Source of the DNA: a virus
DNA: 64,000 nucleotides
IMG/VR virus record: IMGVR_UViG_3300048837_000984
Location: 96,001 to 160,000 of that record
Reading direction: 5' to 3' (one strand)
The translations under genes were made by a program, and so were the position numbers. Position 1 is the stretch's first letter. Every line of letters begins with the position of its first letter. Under the pieces are notes generated by a model that saw only the letters and a program-made list of their open reading frames with translations, made no database searches and had not been told where the DNA came from. Of this stretch, positions 52,739 through 61,734 are shown piece after piece.

Positions 52739-54850
52739 TCATGAACCAGGCAGCTCGATAACGTGATCGAATAAACTCGAGATTGCCTTTTCGTGAGTAA
52801 CGATTACAACCTGCAGTCCGCTTGCGGCGGACAGTTCTCGAAGCTTCCGTACTGCCTTTTCGAGGCATAGAAGACTCCTCTCATCTAAGCCAGCTGTCGG
52901 CTCGTCAAGACACAGAAGTCCCAGGTCACCCGCAAACGCAGAGTTAACCGCGATGCGAAAGGCTAACGCAAAAACGGTCTTCTGGCCCCACGACAACCGA
53001 TTCACTGGCTGTACATTTCCGTTGTCGAATTTCACCTCAAACTGAAGGTTGGAAAGGATATCTGCACGCATGCCTGATTCGAAAAGGTCTAACGTCTCGT
53101 TCATGTCCTTCTTGAGCGTAGCCAGGTAGCTCTGGGTTACCAGCCTCGGAAGGTTGTCCCAGTGAAAGACCTTTCTGACTTCGGCGATGGTGTCATTCGC
53201 CTTCTTTGCGTGATCAGCCTGTTTACTTGTCGCTAGACAGGCTTCTAGTTGCTCCTTTCTTGTAAAGAGTTGTTGTTCGAGAAACTTCTTGCGGTCATGA
53301 AGGTTACACAGAACCAAGAAATCGTTCTGCTTTCGAGCCAGAGTGTTGCGCGCCGTGTCGACATCTTGCTCGACCCCCAACTTGTCAAGTCTCGCCTGCT
53401 CCTTGTTTGCCAGGTCTTCGAACGCATCTGGATTCAAACCGCTTGCGCGAGCCCTCAGGCTCTCTACCTGCGACCGGATCTTCAACGCTTCGTTTTCGCG
53501 TCTATGGTGTTCGACCAACCTGGCCCGAACCACTTCTTCCGGTTCTGCAGGTGCTGATACAGCCGCGAAAGCATCTAGATCTTTCTTGAGCCAGGCAAGT
53601 CGATCGGACTCTGTTCGAAGCCTGTTAGTCCGGATGCTTTCTTCTCTGTCGTAGCAAACACATTGCTTGTAGAGGTAATCCAGCGCGATGAGTTGTCCGC
53701 TGAGCTCAGCAATCTTTTCTCGAGCAGCAAACCTATCTTCCTCATCAACAACCAAAACTGACCCACAAGAACTACACTCGTAAGTCCCGGCAACAGCCTT
53801 CGCTTTGCGGTTCAGCGATTCGATTTCCTTGTTGGTCATCTCGATGCGAAACCGCACTGACGCCGGTTCATCAAAGTCAACCGGCCGATAAGTCGGCACA
53901 CAAAGGTCTGCGAGCGTTGACTCAGTTGTAGCAATGGCTGTCTTGAGACGTGCCAGGTTAGCTGCATTGGCGTTGTACTGCTTCCAAAGCTCGAGAGTCT
54001 CTTGGTCCTTCGGGAAGTTCCTCTTGTATGATTCTGAAGCTGCGTCTAGAAGCGCTAGCTCGCCGGCAAGAGTGTCGGCCTCTGCGGTCAGTTTGTCTTT
54101 CTTCTGTCTGTCCTGGATTGCGGCTGCTCGAAGGTTAGCCACTGAACTTTTCAGGGTTTCTCGCTCTCGGTAGCTCTCGATAACCAGAAACGCTGGATCA
54201 GATTGGTAGTTCCAATCCCGATCAACAGAAGTTATTGCTGCGGTGTCTCGCTCAATAGACTCTAGCTCGCCCTGAATGGACGCAATCTCTCTCGACAAAG
54301 ATTCAACATCGCCAGTAACAGCCGGAACGTCGATGCGGACGTCAGCCAACTTGTCATACACCTTCTTGAGTCGGTCGACACCGAACAGTTGATGGAAGGC
54401 GTCAGCTCTCTCTGCGTCCTTCATCTTGACGAAGTCGAATATCTCGCCCTGGGCCACAAAAACATACTTCATAAGTGTCTGATCTGATACACCCAGAAGG
54501 TCGAACAGTTCCTTACGAATCTCACTGTCTTTGAACACAGTCTTGCCGCCTACAACAAGCTTCTGCTTCGACGGGCGGAGCAGACGTTCGATAAGAACAG
54601 GCTCTCCGTTGTGCTCGAAAGCCAGAGACACGCCTGCAGTATCTCCGGGTTTAGCAGCGTAGTTTACGTTTGACTCCTTGACACCTGAGTTGCGAGAGAA
54701 GTCGTTAGTTAGCGCCGCGACAATGCCGTTGAGCGTGTTGGACTTCCCAGCACCGTTGGGTCCAACGATGCAGTTGAGTTCTGGGTGGAACTCGACGTCC
54801 ACATCCCTTAGCTGACAGAAGTTACGGTAGGAAGCTTTTAACAGCCGCAT
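52739..54850 (-). CDS. sbcC: SbcC/Rad50 (gp46-like) ATPase
   Basis: GPNGAGKS, Q-loop VAQGE, CSSC hook, LSWGQ signature, LDEPT, VTHE. Confidence 0.93.
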   Translation of the reverse strand: MRLLKASYRNFCQLRDVDVEFHPELNCIVGPNGAGKSNTLNGIVAALTNDFSRNSGVKESNVNYAAKPGDTAGVSLAFEHNGEPVLIERLLRPSKQKLVVGGKTVFKDSEIRKELFDLLGVSDQTLMKYVFVAQGEIFDFVKMKDAERADAFHQLFGVDRLKKVYDKLADVRIDVPAVTGDVESLSREIASIQGELESIERDTAAITSVDRDWNYQSDPAFLVIESYRERETLKSSVANLRAAAIQDRQKKDKLTAEADTLAGELALLDAASESYKRNFPKDQETLELWKQYNANAANLARLKTAIATTESTLADLCVPTYRPVDFDEPASVRFRIEMTNKEIESLNRKAKAVAGTYECSSCGSVLVVDEEDRFAAREKIAELSGQLIALDYLYKQCVCYDREESIRTNRLRTESDRLAWLKKDLDAFAAVSAPAEPEEVVRARLVEHHRRENEALKIRSQVESLRARASGLNPDAFEDLANKEQARLDKLGVEQDVDTARNTLARKQNDFLVLCNLHDRKKFLEQQLFTRKEQLEACLATSKQADHAKKANDTIAEVRKVFHWDNLPRLVTQSYLATLKKDMNETLDLFESGMRADILSNLQFEVKFDNGNVQPVNRLSWGQKTVFALAFRIAVNSAFAGDLGLLCLDEPTAGLDERSLLCLEKAVRKLRELSAASGLQVVIVTHEKAISSLFDHVIELPGS

Positions 54851-55943
54851 TCAGTGGACCTCCTTTTAGTCGGTCAACCACAGAAGAAACTGCATCGTCG
54901 AGTCGATTGGCGAAGACAGCTTGAACAAGATCTGAGCAGACATCTCGAACCGCGCCCACAGCGGTAGCCTGCGTCAAGGCCTCCAGAGTCGCTGCTTCCA
55001 CGGAATTGACCCCGACAAAGTACTCCTGTTCTTTCTCGACCTTCTCCTTGACCGGCTGAAGAACCAGAAAGGCTCGGTCCGAAACAACAGACTTAACCGC
55101 AGAGAAGACTTCGATTTCTGTCTTGTGGTTGATGCAGACAATGGGCTTGCGTATGGCTTCCGGTAGCTCCATTCTCGGCAACGATAAGAATGCGTCAAGT
55201 TCGCTGACGAGGAGAGAAATCTGGTCTGGATGCATCAGCTGTCGGTAGAAGAAGTGACGCGTAACGAGTGGGTGAGAAGAGACAGAAAGGTCTTCATACA
55301 TCACAAAGAAGTACTTGTTCGGATCTTCCGACATTGACCGCAGACTGATGGAACCAGGACTTACTATTCTGGCCTGACGACCAGGCAGGTCAACCACAGA
55401 TGAGAAATGCTTGTGATAGTCACCAGTGATGATTGCCTTAACGTGCGGCACATCAGCGAACGAAGCCTGCGGATTAGCGACACTACCCATGATGTCGGCC
55501 CAGACCTGATGCGCCACGAGTACATCAGTAGTTGGCGGTATGTGCCTGAACTCTTCCTCAATGTTTTCCTTCCGTGTGAAGCTTAGACCATAGAACGTTC
55601 GTCCGCCTATCTCGGCAGAACCGCGGTGTAGATTTACAGAGCCGCTGGCTATTCCCAGCCACGGCATGTGAGACATCTCGTGCTGACCTTCAATGAAGTA
55701 AGTCTTTTGGTTCGTCCGCCGGTACAGGCCGGAAATCAGGCTCACAGCCTTGTGAACCGACATTGAGTCGGGCAAGCTGGAGTCGAACACATCTCCCGCC
55801 AAGATGACCGGAAGGTTCCTTGCCTCGGCGCAACGAAAGATCTGTTCCATCGAGAAGTAACTGTCGCCCTTGATACTGGCTCGGCCAGCCCAGGCACTGT
55901 GCCGCAGGTGACAGTCAGAGGATACCACAGCGATAGGCTTCAT
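54822..55943 (-). CDS. sbcD: SbcD/Mre11 (gp47-like) nuclease
   Basis: SDCHL, AGDVFD, EGQHE, AHQ, GDYH, PGS. Confidence 0.92.
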   Translation of the reverse strand: MKPIAVVSSDCHLRHSAWAGRASIKGDSYFSMEQIFRCAEARNLPVILAGDVFDSSLPDSMSVHKAVSLISGLYRRTNQKTYFIEGQHEMSHMPWLGIASGSVNLHRGSAEIGGRTFYGLSFTRKENIEEEFRHIPPTTDVLVAHQVWADIMGSVANPQASFADVPHVKAIITGDYHKHFSSVVDLPGRQARIVSPGSISLRSMSEDPNKYFFVMYEDLSVSSHPLVTRHFFYRQLMHPDQISLLVSELDAFLSLPRMELPEAIRKPIVCINHKTEIEVFSAVKSVVSDRAFLVLQPVKEKVEKEQEYFVGVNSVEAATLEALTQATAVGAVRDVCSDLVQAVFANRLDDAVSSVVDRLKGGPLNAAVKSFLP

Positions 55944-55953
55944 TTGACCCTCC

Positions 55954-55981
55954 GCAAGCTGGCTACCGAAGTAGCCAGCTT
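55954..55981 (-). other. 12-bp hairpin with C(UUCG)G loop upstream of sbcD
   Basis: CAAGCTGGCTAC-TTCG-GTAGCCAGCTTG. Confidence 0.7.
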
Positions 55982-55988
55982 GATCGGT

Positions 55989-56222
55989 TTACTTGACTGA
56001 GACGGCATTCAGTTCGCCGTCCTCGAGCCAAACGATGTCGACAAACGAACCTTCGTTGTCAAAAATCTTGAGCCCGACGATTACGGGCTGGTCGGATACT
56101 CGATTGACCGTGACGGCGTACTTCTTGTAAACGAACGCTTCGGCCGTCCACCTGGATGACTTTCCCTTTACCAGGCGGCGAAACTTGTCGGCCAGGCCAA
56201 CCTTTTCCTTAGCAGAAATCAA
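55989..56222 (-). CDS. Small hypothetical protein
   Basis: 77 aa; GAGGGG SD. Confidence 0.6.
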   Translation of the reverse strand: MISAKEKVGLADKFRRLVKGKSSRWTAEAFVYKKYAVTVNRVSDQPVIVGLKIFDNEGSFVDIVWLEDGELNAVSVK

Positions 56223-56285
56223 GGGTAACCCCTCTACCTAAAGAAATAGACACCTTTCGGTGCCCACCGTAGCCACCCATTCTAG

Positions 56286-56301
56286 CCGGCCACGTGGCCG
56301 G
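56286..56301. promoter_or_regulatory. Perfect 16-bp palindrome abutting a TAGAAT -10 box
   Basis: CCGGCCACGTGGCCGG; the minus strand continues C-TAGAAT. Confidence 0.5.
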
Positions 56302-56318
56302 TAGATAGGACGGCAAAG

Positions 56319-56513
56319 TCAGTCAGATGTGTTACTTGACCGCCGTGAACGGCCTCCGAAGAAAGATGAGAACTGATATTCTTTCGCCATCGGGCGATCG
56401 TACGCCCAGCTGAACCGATTACAGACATCGCAAATCCGATTGCCAACACCCTTCGACTTAAACTTTTTGTCGCACCGCAAGCACTTTCGCTCGGTCGTGG
56501 TCTGTCTTCCCAT
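56319..56513 (-). CDS. Small zinc-finger protein
   Basis: RKCLRCDKKFKS..NRICDVC. Confidence 0.75.
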   Translation of the reverse strand: MGRQTTTERKCLRCDKKFKSKGVGNRICDVCNRFSWAYDRPMAKEYQFSSFFGGRSRRSSNTSD

Positions 56514-56515
56514 GC

Positions 56516-57106
56516 TTACTCCACCACGTTGACAGATACGGTAATGTCGCCCTCCGCCGACGACATTGAATAGGAGTTCCGGAGATCCTCGTGTGGAGGT
56601 ACTCCAGCAAATGCACGACGACCGGCCATGACATAGATGTCAAACTTCAAGCCATCATCCGTCAAGACCAAGTCCAGGTAGCAAATCAGGGTCGGCTTCT
56701 TGGCGTGCGTGACCTGCTTGCGAAGCGGGATAAAGCCTTCCGGCTTATCTGCCAGGTTCGCCAAACAGGTAGCCTCGTTGAGCTCCTCTCTAGACAGGGT
56801 AAAACAGAAATCGGCACCGGACTCGTTTGCGGGCTCGTCGGGCGTCAGGGACTTGATAACAGAAGCGACGTAGGTCGTGAAGGTGTCGCGCAGATTCTTC
56901 TCCTCGACAGCGAGGCAAAGTAACCGGACAACCGATTCCGTCGAAAGGCCAGTATCTGCGGAGAACTTTCGAACAACAGTCGCGAACTGGTCGGGCTTCT
57001 TAATTTTTAAGTGCGGTGACAGGAATCCGCAGCAGACCATCAGCTGCCCTTCGGTGTCTACATCGCACCGACTGGCCAGCAGTGTCAGATTCTCATTTGG
57101 GGTCAA
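56516..57106 (-). CDS. Hypothetical protein
   Basis: 196 aa; GGAGGT SD. Confidence 0.7.
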   Translation of the reverse strand: MTPNENLTLLASRCDVDTEGQLMVCCGFLSPHLKIKKPDQFATVVRKFSADTGLSTESVVRLLCLAVEEKNLRDTFTTYVASVIKSLTPDEPANESGADFCFTLSREELNEATCLANLADKPEGFIPLRKQVTHAKKPTLICYLDLVLTDDGLKFDIYVMAGRRAFAGVPPHEDLRNSYSMSSAEGDITVSVNVVE

Positions 57107-57281
57107 TGTTACCTCCCGGGTAAATTCGCAGCATGGGTAAAAGGGTCTCTTCGTGGTAACTGAGCCAGTAGACTTCGTCGTAAGTCGGGGCGCGCCCAGA
57201 GATAGATATCAGAATGATCTGTTTTCCGCGCCGGAACAGGCAGAAGTCATCCAGCGAAATCAGCAGTTCCAGTGTCTTCAA
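57093..57281 (-). CDS. Small hypothetical protein
   Basis: 62 aa. Confidence 0.55.
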   Translation of the reverse strand: MKTLELLISLDDFCLFRRGKQIILISISGRAPTYDEVYWLSYHEETLLPMLRIYPGGNIDPK

Positions 57282-58083
57282 TTTTCCTATCCCGTAAAAC
57301 GCCGTACCTGGCGGACATCCGAAAGTGAGGCGGACGGTCGTTCAGCATCTTAGCAAGACGGGCGATGTCGCAGTAGAACAGTTCCGCGGGGTACCGCATC
57401 AGCTTGACAACCGCGCCAGATAACTCTCTCCTGGTCGGCTTCTCGTACCTCTTGCTACGCCAGCCGTGTTCTCGGAGTTTCTGCGGTATCCGCTTGAGGT
57501 TGTCCAGAACAGCAACCCTGGAACGGACTTCCCAACCATAGTCAGTAGGGGCCACCGATATGGATCGGAAGCCACCAAAGAAGGGGCGTCGGCGCTTGGT
57601 GAATACTTTGGCAACGGATGCGACCTCGCGAGCGCAAAACGACCACGGGTCCTCGTCGAACGCTAGGCAGTACTTCTTCGCGAAGATGTTCAACGGAAAA
57701 ATCGCGCAGTCGTCGTCGTTAACCAGCTGACTCGTCAGTCGGCAGACGTCTCGCCCATAGCACCAGGGGCAAACTTGACTGAAGCCGCAGAAAAAGCGTT
57801 TGAACTTGCGACTACCTTTGGTGAAATAAATCGGCTCCGGCGAACAGTTCAGGCACCGACCGAACCGCGTGGAGTCTTGTATAGCTGCGAATCCAGCCGA
57901 GCGAAGAGCGGTGAAACGACCGCGCCACCGCGTCAAAATAGCCCGGCCGCATTCGATCGTATTGAGCTGACCCTGACCGACGGCATAGAGGATCGGTCGG
58001 ACAACAGCGAGCCTGGCTGTATGCGCCGACACAGAGGTTCGAAACGTAACAGCGTCTCGATAGGGCAATTTCTCGGTGGACAT
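57247..58083 (-). CDS. Degenerate rolling-circle Rep/IS91-like (HUH) protein; candidate origin-binding protein
   Basis: RCLNC...FFCGFSQVCPWC zinc motif; GGFRSISV..YGWEVRSRVAVL where HxH is expected; AVVKLMRYP resembling motif III. AGGAG SD. Confidence 0.45.
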   Translation of the reverse strand: MSTEKLPYRDAVTFRTSVSAHTARLAVVRPILYAVGQGQLNTIECGRAILTRWRGRFTALRSAGFAAIQDSTRFGRCLNCSPEPIYFTKGSRKFKRFFCGFSQVCPWCYGRDVCRLTSQLVNDDDCAIFPLNIFAKKYCLAFDEDPWSFCAREVASVAKVFTKRRRPFFGGFRSISVAPTDYGWEVRSRVAVLDNLKRIPQKLREHGWRSKRYEKPTRRELSGAVVKLMRYPAELFYCDIARLAKMLNDRPPHFRMSARYGVLRDRKIEDTGTADFAG

Positions 58084-58146
58084 AAGTCTCCTTGTGCAGA
58101 AAAAGCACAAGCCAAGGACGTAACAGCCACGACAGATGAGTTACAG

Positions 58147-58660
58147 ATGTGGGGCAGTTTATCCAAGCGATTTCGGGAACCCTATAGTAAACACCCCTAC
58201 AATTTACACCGTAATGTACGCCTTTACACATACACCACCTAGGATAAACACCCCCACGTTTTAGAAAGGCTGGTTTCAACAAAGATTACCGCAGTATACA
58301 GACATACACCGCGAAATGTAGGGGTGTTTATTCTAATGTGCTTGCAGGTTTTTTTGCCGTCTAAACTGTGGGGTTGTTTATCGTAGTAAAGATGCAGAAT
58401 TTTGAGTAGATAAGCGCTGCGTGCGTAGGTCAGATACAGTAGCATGCTTGCATGCTACTGTATCTGAAATCTTTGGTCAAGACTAATTCGGCTGTTCTTC
58501 GGTCCCTGCCGTGTTTGTAAAAAACGTGGGGTACTTTAACCTAGCAGGTCTGTAAATCCAATATGTAGGTGCGTTATCCTATCTTTCTCTTCAAGAAAGA
58601 AGAGGTTAGCAATAATGAGGTATCCATCCTCCCAGCTCTAGTGGCTGGGATGGATACCAA
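58147..58660. repeat. Putative replication origin: iteron-like repeats plus palindromes
   Basis: GATAAACACCCCYAC-like copies at 58147(-), 58186(+), 58242(+), 58316(-), 58366(-), 58524(-, partial), 58563(-); 18-bp-arm palindrome 58430-58467; bulged hairpin 58619-58658; AT-richer than flanks. Confidence 0.6.
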
Positions 58661-58722
58661 TTATTGGTGGCAAAGCCACAGTTAAGACAAAGATGAAGAC
58701 AACAATATGAAAAACAACTTTC

Positions 58723-58917
58723 TCAGACCTTGTCTTCTTTCAACTCAGCCAGCGAGCCACAGACAGCGGCAAGAAGTTCTTCAAGCTTTTCGATGATCTT
58801 GTCCTTGTCAGGTTCAAGAACATGTCTGACGGTAAGCATCAAGGTGTGCCACTTCTCTTGCAGCGGCAACAAAGCTTCCTTGACGGGTGCGTTCTGTTGT
58901 TTGCTGGTCATCTTCAT
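58723..58917 (-). CDS. Small helical protein
   Basis: 64 aa. Confidence 0.55.
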   Translation of the reverse strand: MKMTSKQQNAPVKEALLPLQEKWHTLMLTVRHVLEPDKDKIIEKLEELLAAVCGSLAELKEDKV

Positions 58918-59196
58918 TTCTAAGGCCCTAGATTCGACGTATAAGCTCGATCAGCACACTTAGGTATGGAATCAGTCTTTCTCTCTTTGAAACGCTCTAT
59001 AAGCGATCCTGGTGCGTTCTAGCGGCATGATACTTTGTTCAGATATGCTAGTCTGGTGTGGGTCAAAGCTTCAACACAACCGACGGCTAGATTCAGAGGT
59101 GTGCCTTTTCTGCGCCCAGGATGGCCCTAGAAACGCAAACAGACCCAGAAGGCGTATCTTTGCCTATCTGAGTCTGTCAGGAGCTTGCAGAGCGTT

Positions 59197-59424
59197 TTAG
59201 GCGGTCTTTGGCTGCTCGGTCTTGATCATCTTCTCGAGGCTCTTCTGGAGCTTGGAGAAGAAAGCGGATAGCTTCTTGTTGGTCTTGGTAGGCGTTTCAG
59301 ATGAGACGAGAACTTCAGCTGCGGTCTGGTCAACCATGTTCTTGGTCGCCTCAAGGTTCTGAAGGCGCTTGGCTCGTGCCTTCTCTTGGGTCTCCAGGAC
59401 CTTCTCAATCTTCTTGTCTGTCAC
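59197..59424 (-). CDS. Small Lys/Glu-rich coiled-coil protein
   Basis: 75 aa; GGAGG SD. Confidence 0.65.
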   Translation of the reverse strand: MTDKKIEKVLETQEKARAKRLQNLEATKNMVDQTAAEVLVSSETPTKTNKKLSAFFSKLQKSLEKMIKTEQPKTA

Positions 59425-59938
59425 TTCGATAGTCCTCCAGCAAGATCTTGCTCAGTTCACCTGTCGTGTTTCTTAACAGCATGTCCAGGATCACTGGGTA
59501 CGGTGTCCAGAAGAACTGCGCTGTCGATGGGTCTGTCGCGCCTGAAATCTGTCGCAGGCCTCTCAGGCTGATCCATTCCCAACCAGAACACTTATCGGGC
59601 TCCTGAGCCTTCGGTTCGCCAGAAACGAGTTGGCTAACCATCCAGAAGGTAACAAAGCTACATCGTTCGGATTCCAGCGGAATCAGGTTGTGGTCTGTCA
59701 CCCCGATCACTCCACGAGTGAACGTGTGTTCTAATTTAGTCGACATAACCTCAGCGTGTACAGAGGTTTCTTCCAAAACTTCCCGGATTGCGCAGCTTTG
59801 CAGCGTCTCGTTTTCTTCGACGATTCCTCCTGGGATTGCTCGAAGTCCTTTACCTCGACGACAGCTTGGACCCCGGGTACCGATGAGGAACTGGCCTTTG
59901 TTGTTGAAGATGAACACTCCGACTCCGGCTCGTTTCAA
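59405..59938 (-). CDS. Nudix hydrolase
   Basis: PGGIVEENETLQSCAIREVLEETSV Nudix box; EPDKCSGWEW. Confidence 0.92.
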   Translation of the reverse strand: MKRAGVGVFIFNNKGQFLIGTRGPSCRRGKGLRAIPGGIVEENETLQSCAIREVLEETSVHAEVMSTKLEHTFTRGVIGVTDHNLIPLESERCSFVTFWMVSQLVSGEPKAQEPDKCSGWEWISLRGLRQISGATDPSTAQFFWTPYPVILDMLLRNTTGELSKILLEDYRSDRQED

Positions 59939-59967
59939 GGTTGCGGACCTCCGTGTGACTGGTGTCG

Positions 59968-59982
59968 ACTTAATTTTTAAGT
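59968..59982. promoter_or_regulatory. ACTTAA-N3-TTAAGT palindrome
   Basis: Lies between a hairpin and the GGAGG SD of the Nudix gene. Confidence 0.55.
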
Positions 59983-59988
59983 GCCAAC

Positions 59989-60016
59989 GAAGAAGGCCCC
60001 GATCGGGGCCTTCTTC
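59989..60016. terminator. Perfect 12-bp hairpin after dcd
   Basis: GAAGAAGGCCCC-GATC-GGGGCCTTCTTC. Confidence 0.55.
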
Positions 60017-60028
60017 TGTTCTCGGTTG

Positions 60029-60610
60029 TTACTTGACCATCGGGAGCGTTATCCCGAATTGGTCCTGGTACTTGCCGGCCTTGTCGTTGTAAGTCCTTTT
60101 ACACTGCTTGCTTGCAGCAAAGAACAGGACCTGAGCGATACCCTCTCCTGGGTAGATGATTACCGGAAGCGGTGTCGTATTGCTGAGCTCGATGGTCACC
60201 GTTCCGCGCCAAGCTGGTTCCAGAGGCGTGATATTCACCACTAGCCCCGCTCGCGCGTACGTCGACTTGCCCAGACAGATTGCCAACACGTTGTTTGGAA
60301 TGACGAGAGACTCGACGCTTTCAGCCAGTGCAAACCCGTGTGGCGGTAGAACAAACTGCTTGCCGGGTTCCACCTCGATGTCGACGAAGGCCTTAGGGTC
60401 TACCCTCTTTGGGTCGATAGCAACGCTGTGGACCGGACTGAAGATCTTGAACTTTCTTCCGATCCGCAAATCGTAGCCGTAACTGCTGAGCCCGTACGAG
60501 ATTGTACCTGGCGGACACGTTTCGATGAACGGGTCGATGAAAACGTGTTCCTTAATCTCGTAGTCAGCCAGAATGCCCATCGGCTCACTTTCATCCAGTT
60601 CTTCGTTCAT
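60029..60610 (-). CDS. dcd: dCTP deaminase
   Basis: ISYGLSSYGYDLR, GKSTYARAG, TPLEPAWRGTVTIE, YPGEGIAQ, GKYQDQ. Confidence 0.96.
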   Translation of the reverse strand: MNEELDESEPMGILADYEIKEHVFIDPFIETCPPGTISYGLSSYGYDLRIGRKFKIFSPVHSVAIDPKRVDPKAFVDIEVEPGKQFVLPPHGFALAESVESLVIPNNVLAICLGKSTYARAGLVVNITPLEPAWRGTVTIELSNTTPLPVIIYPGEGIAQVLFFAASKQCKRTYNDKAGKYQDQFGITLPMVK

Positions 60611-61391
60611 ACCTTCCTCTGGTCCTCCTAGTCTTGTCGGCGACTGGGTCCGTAAAACAGATTCGACACCTGTCACAGGTCAGGCCTTCCGTTACACCGT
60701 TCTCAACGGGACACACCAGAGTCCCGTTGATCCGCTTGACGACGGTCCCTCTCACCTTACCGTCCCGGAAAAACAAGTCCACATCGTAGTCTGGGATATC
60801 GTCGTCGGCAACCTGCATGTAAGCCAGCCGAACTCGATTGGGAACTTCCGGTGGGTTTCCCGTATCTTTGTCGCAACTGAACCAGAGCTGGACGTGGTTC
60901 AGCTCGGCGATCTTCTTCAAGAGCGAAAACATCTCGAGGTCCTGCCAGGTCCTGGAGTAGAGCCAGACCCAAACATGCGGGATCTCTCTCAGGATCTGGA
61001 ACACCCTGTAGCCATAATCGGCGTTGTAGAAGTCACCAGAAACGTGCCAGCGGAGCAACGAGCCCGCGCTGTCGGCCAGAAGATTGACGATGACGTCCTT
61101 GAAGTCTCGCCGGCCAGTCAGAGCCAGGTTCTTCCACAAGCGTTCCTTGACCGAATTTGTGGTGAAGAACCCCTTGTCGGCGTAGCAGAGACTGCGGCAG
61201 GTTTCTGTGCTGCCCTTCCAGCAGGTGTGGACGGCTGGAAGGCTGAAAGTGAAGACTCTTTTCCCGAGTTTGGTGTTGCCTGTCCCGATAAAGTCCGTTA
61301 GCTCACACTCCTCCGGTGGAGTGTTCATCAGCACCGTCAGCGGCATCCTCATCTTCGGGTTCCTCGATTTCCAGCTCGTGGTCGTGCTCAC
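60591..61391 (-). CDS. Phage GP88-like Cys-cluster protein
   Basis: GNTKLG..FSLPAVHTC..TC..CYA, RWHVSGDF, YSR, terminal CPV..TCDRCRIC. Start uncertain. Confidence 0.75.
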   Translation of the reverse strand: MSTTTSWKSRNPKMRMPLTVLMNTPPEECELTDFIGTGNTKLGKRVFTFSLPAVHTCWKGSTETCRSLCYADKGFFTTNSVKERLWKNLALTGRRDFKDVIVNLLADSAGSLLRWHVSGDFYNADYGYRVFQILREIPHVWVWLYSRTWQDLEMFSLLKKIAELNHVQLWFSCDKDTGNPPEVPNRVRLAYMQVADDDIPDYDVDLFFRDGKVRGTVVKRINGTLVCPVENGVTEGLTCDRCRICFTDPVADKTRRTRGRYERRTG

Positions 61392-61734
61392 CTTGGTCTT
61401 CTCGAACCATGTACCACTCTTCGGTCGTCACCTTCCCGGTAGTGAGGTCGTAGATGATGTCGTCGCCATAATCGGTACCGTCGCCGGCGCCGCCGTAGGA
61501 GTAAGCACTCCAGGCCCAACTCTCGATCTCGTCCTCGAGCTTCTGGAGCGCATTGTTGTGAGAAACGTCTTGACTTCCGTTCAGGACGTAGCCAACGTCC
61601 GTAGTCGTGTCGATTTCTGTGCCGACGTTCAGCCAACCTTCGTCACTGACGCCTCTAAAGTTGAGAAAGATCTTCGAGACGCTCAGCCGTTTGGCTTCCT
61701 CGTAAATCTTCCTTGGCAACGGTTCAGGGTCCAT
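61303..61734 (-). CDS. Acidic conserved hypothetical protein (DUF6878-like)
   Basis: FRGVSDEG, AYSYGGAGDG; family recalled. Confidence 0.55.
   Translation of the reverse strand: MDPEPLPRKIYEEAKRLSVSKIFLNFRGVSDEGWLNVGTEIDTTTDVGYVLNGSQDVSHNNALQKLEDEIESWAWSAYSYGGAGDGTDYGDDIIYDLTTGKVTTEEWYMVREDQGEHDHELEIEEPEDEDAADGADEHSTGGV

Noticed and set aside
51400-52760. TIGR array or IS110 element ends around the Nop-like gene
   Set aside because: The neighbouring genes abut or overlap it, leaving no room, and no periodic repeats were seen.
52950-53010. LSWGQ ABC signature as a defect
   Set aside because: The third signature position varies among Rad50/SbcC proteins; the Ser and the following Gly are retained.
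51170-60016. Hairpins as N4-type virion-RNAP promoters
   Set aside because: The loops are 4-6 nt rather than the 3-nt N4 type, and no virion RNA polymerase gene is in the window.
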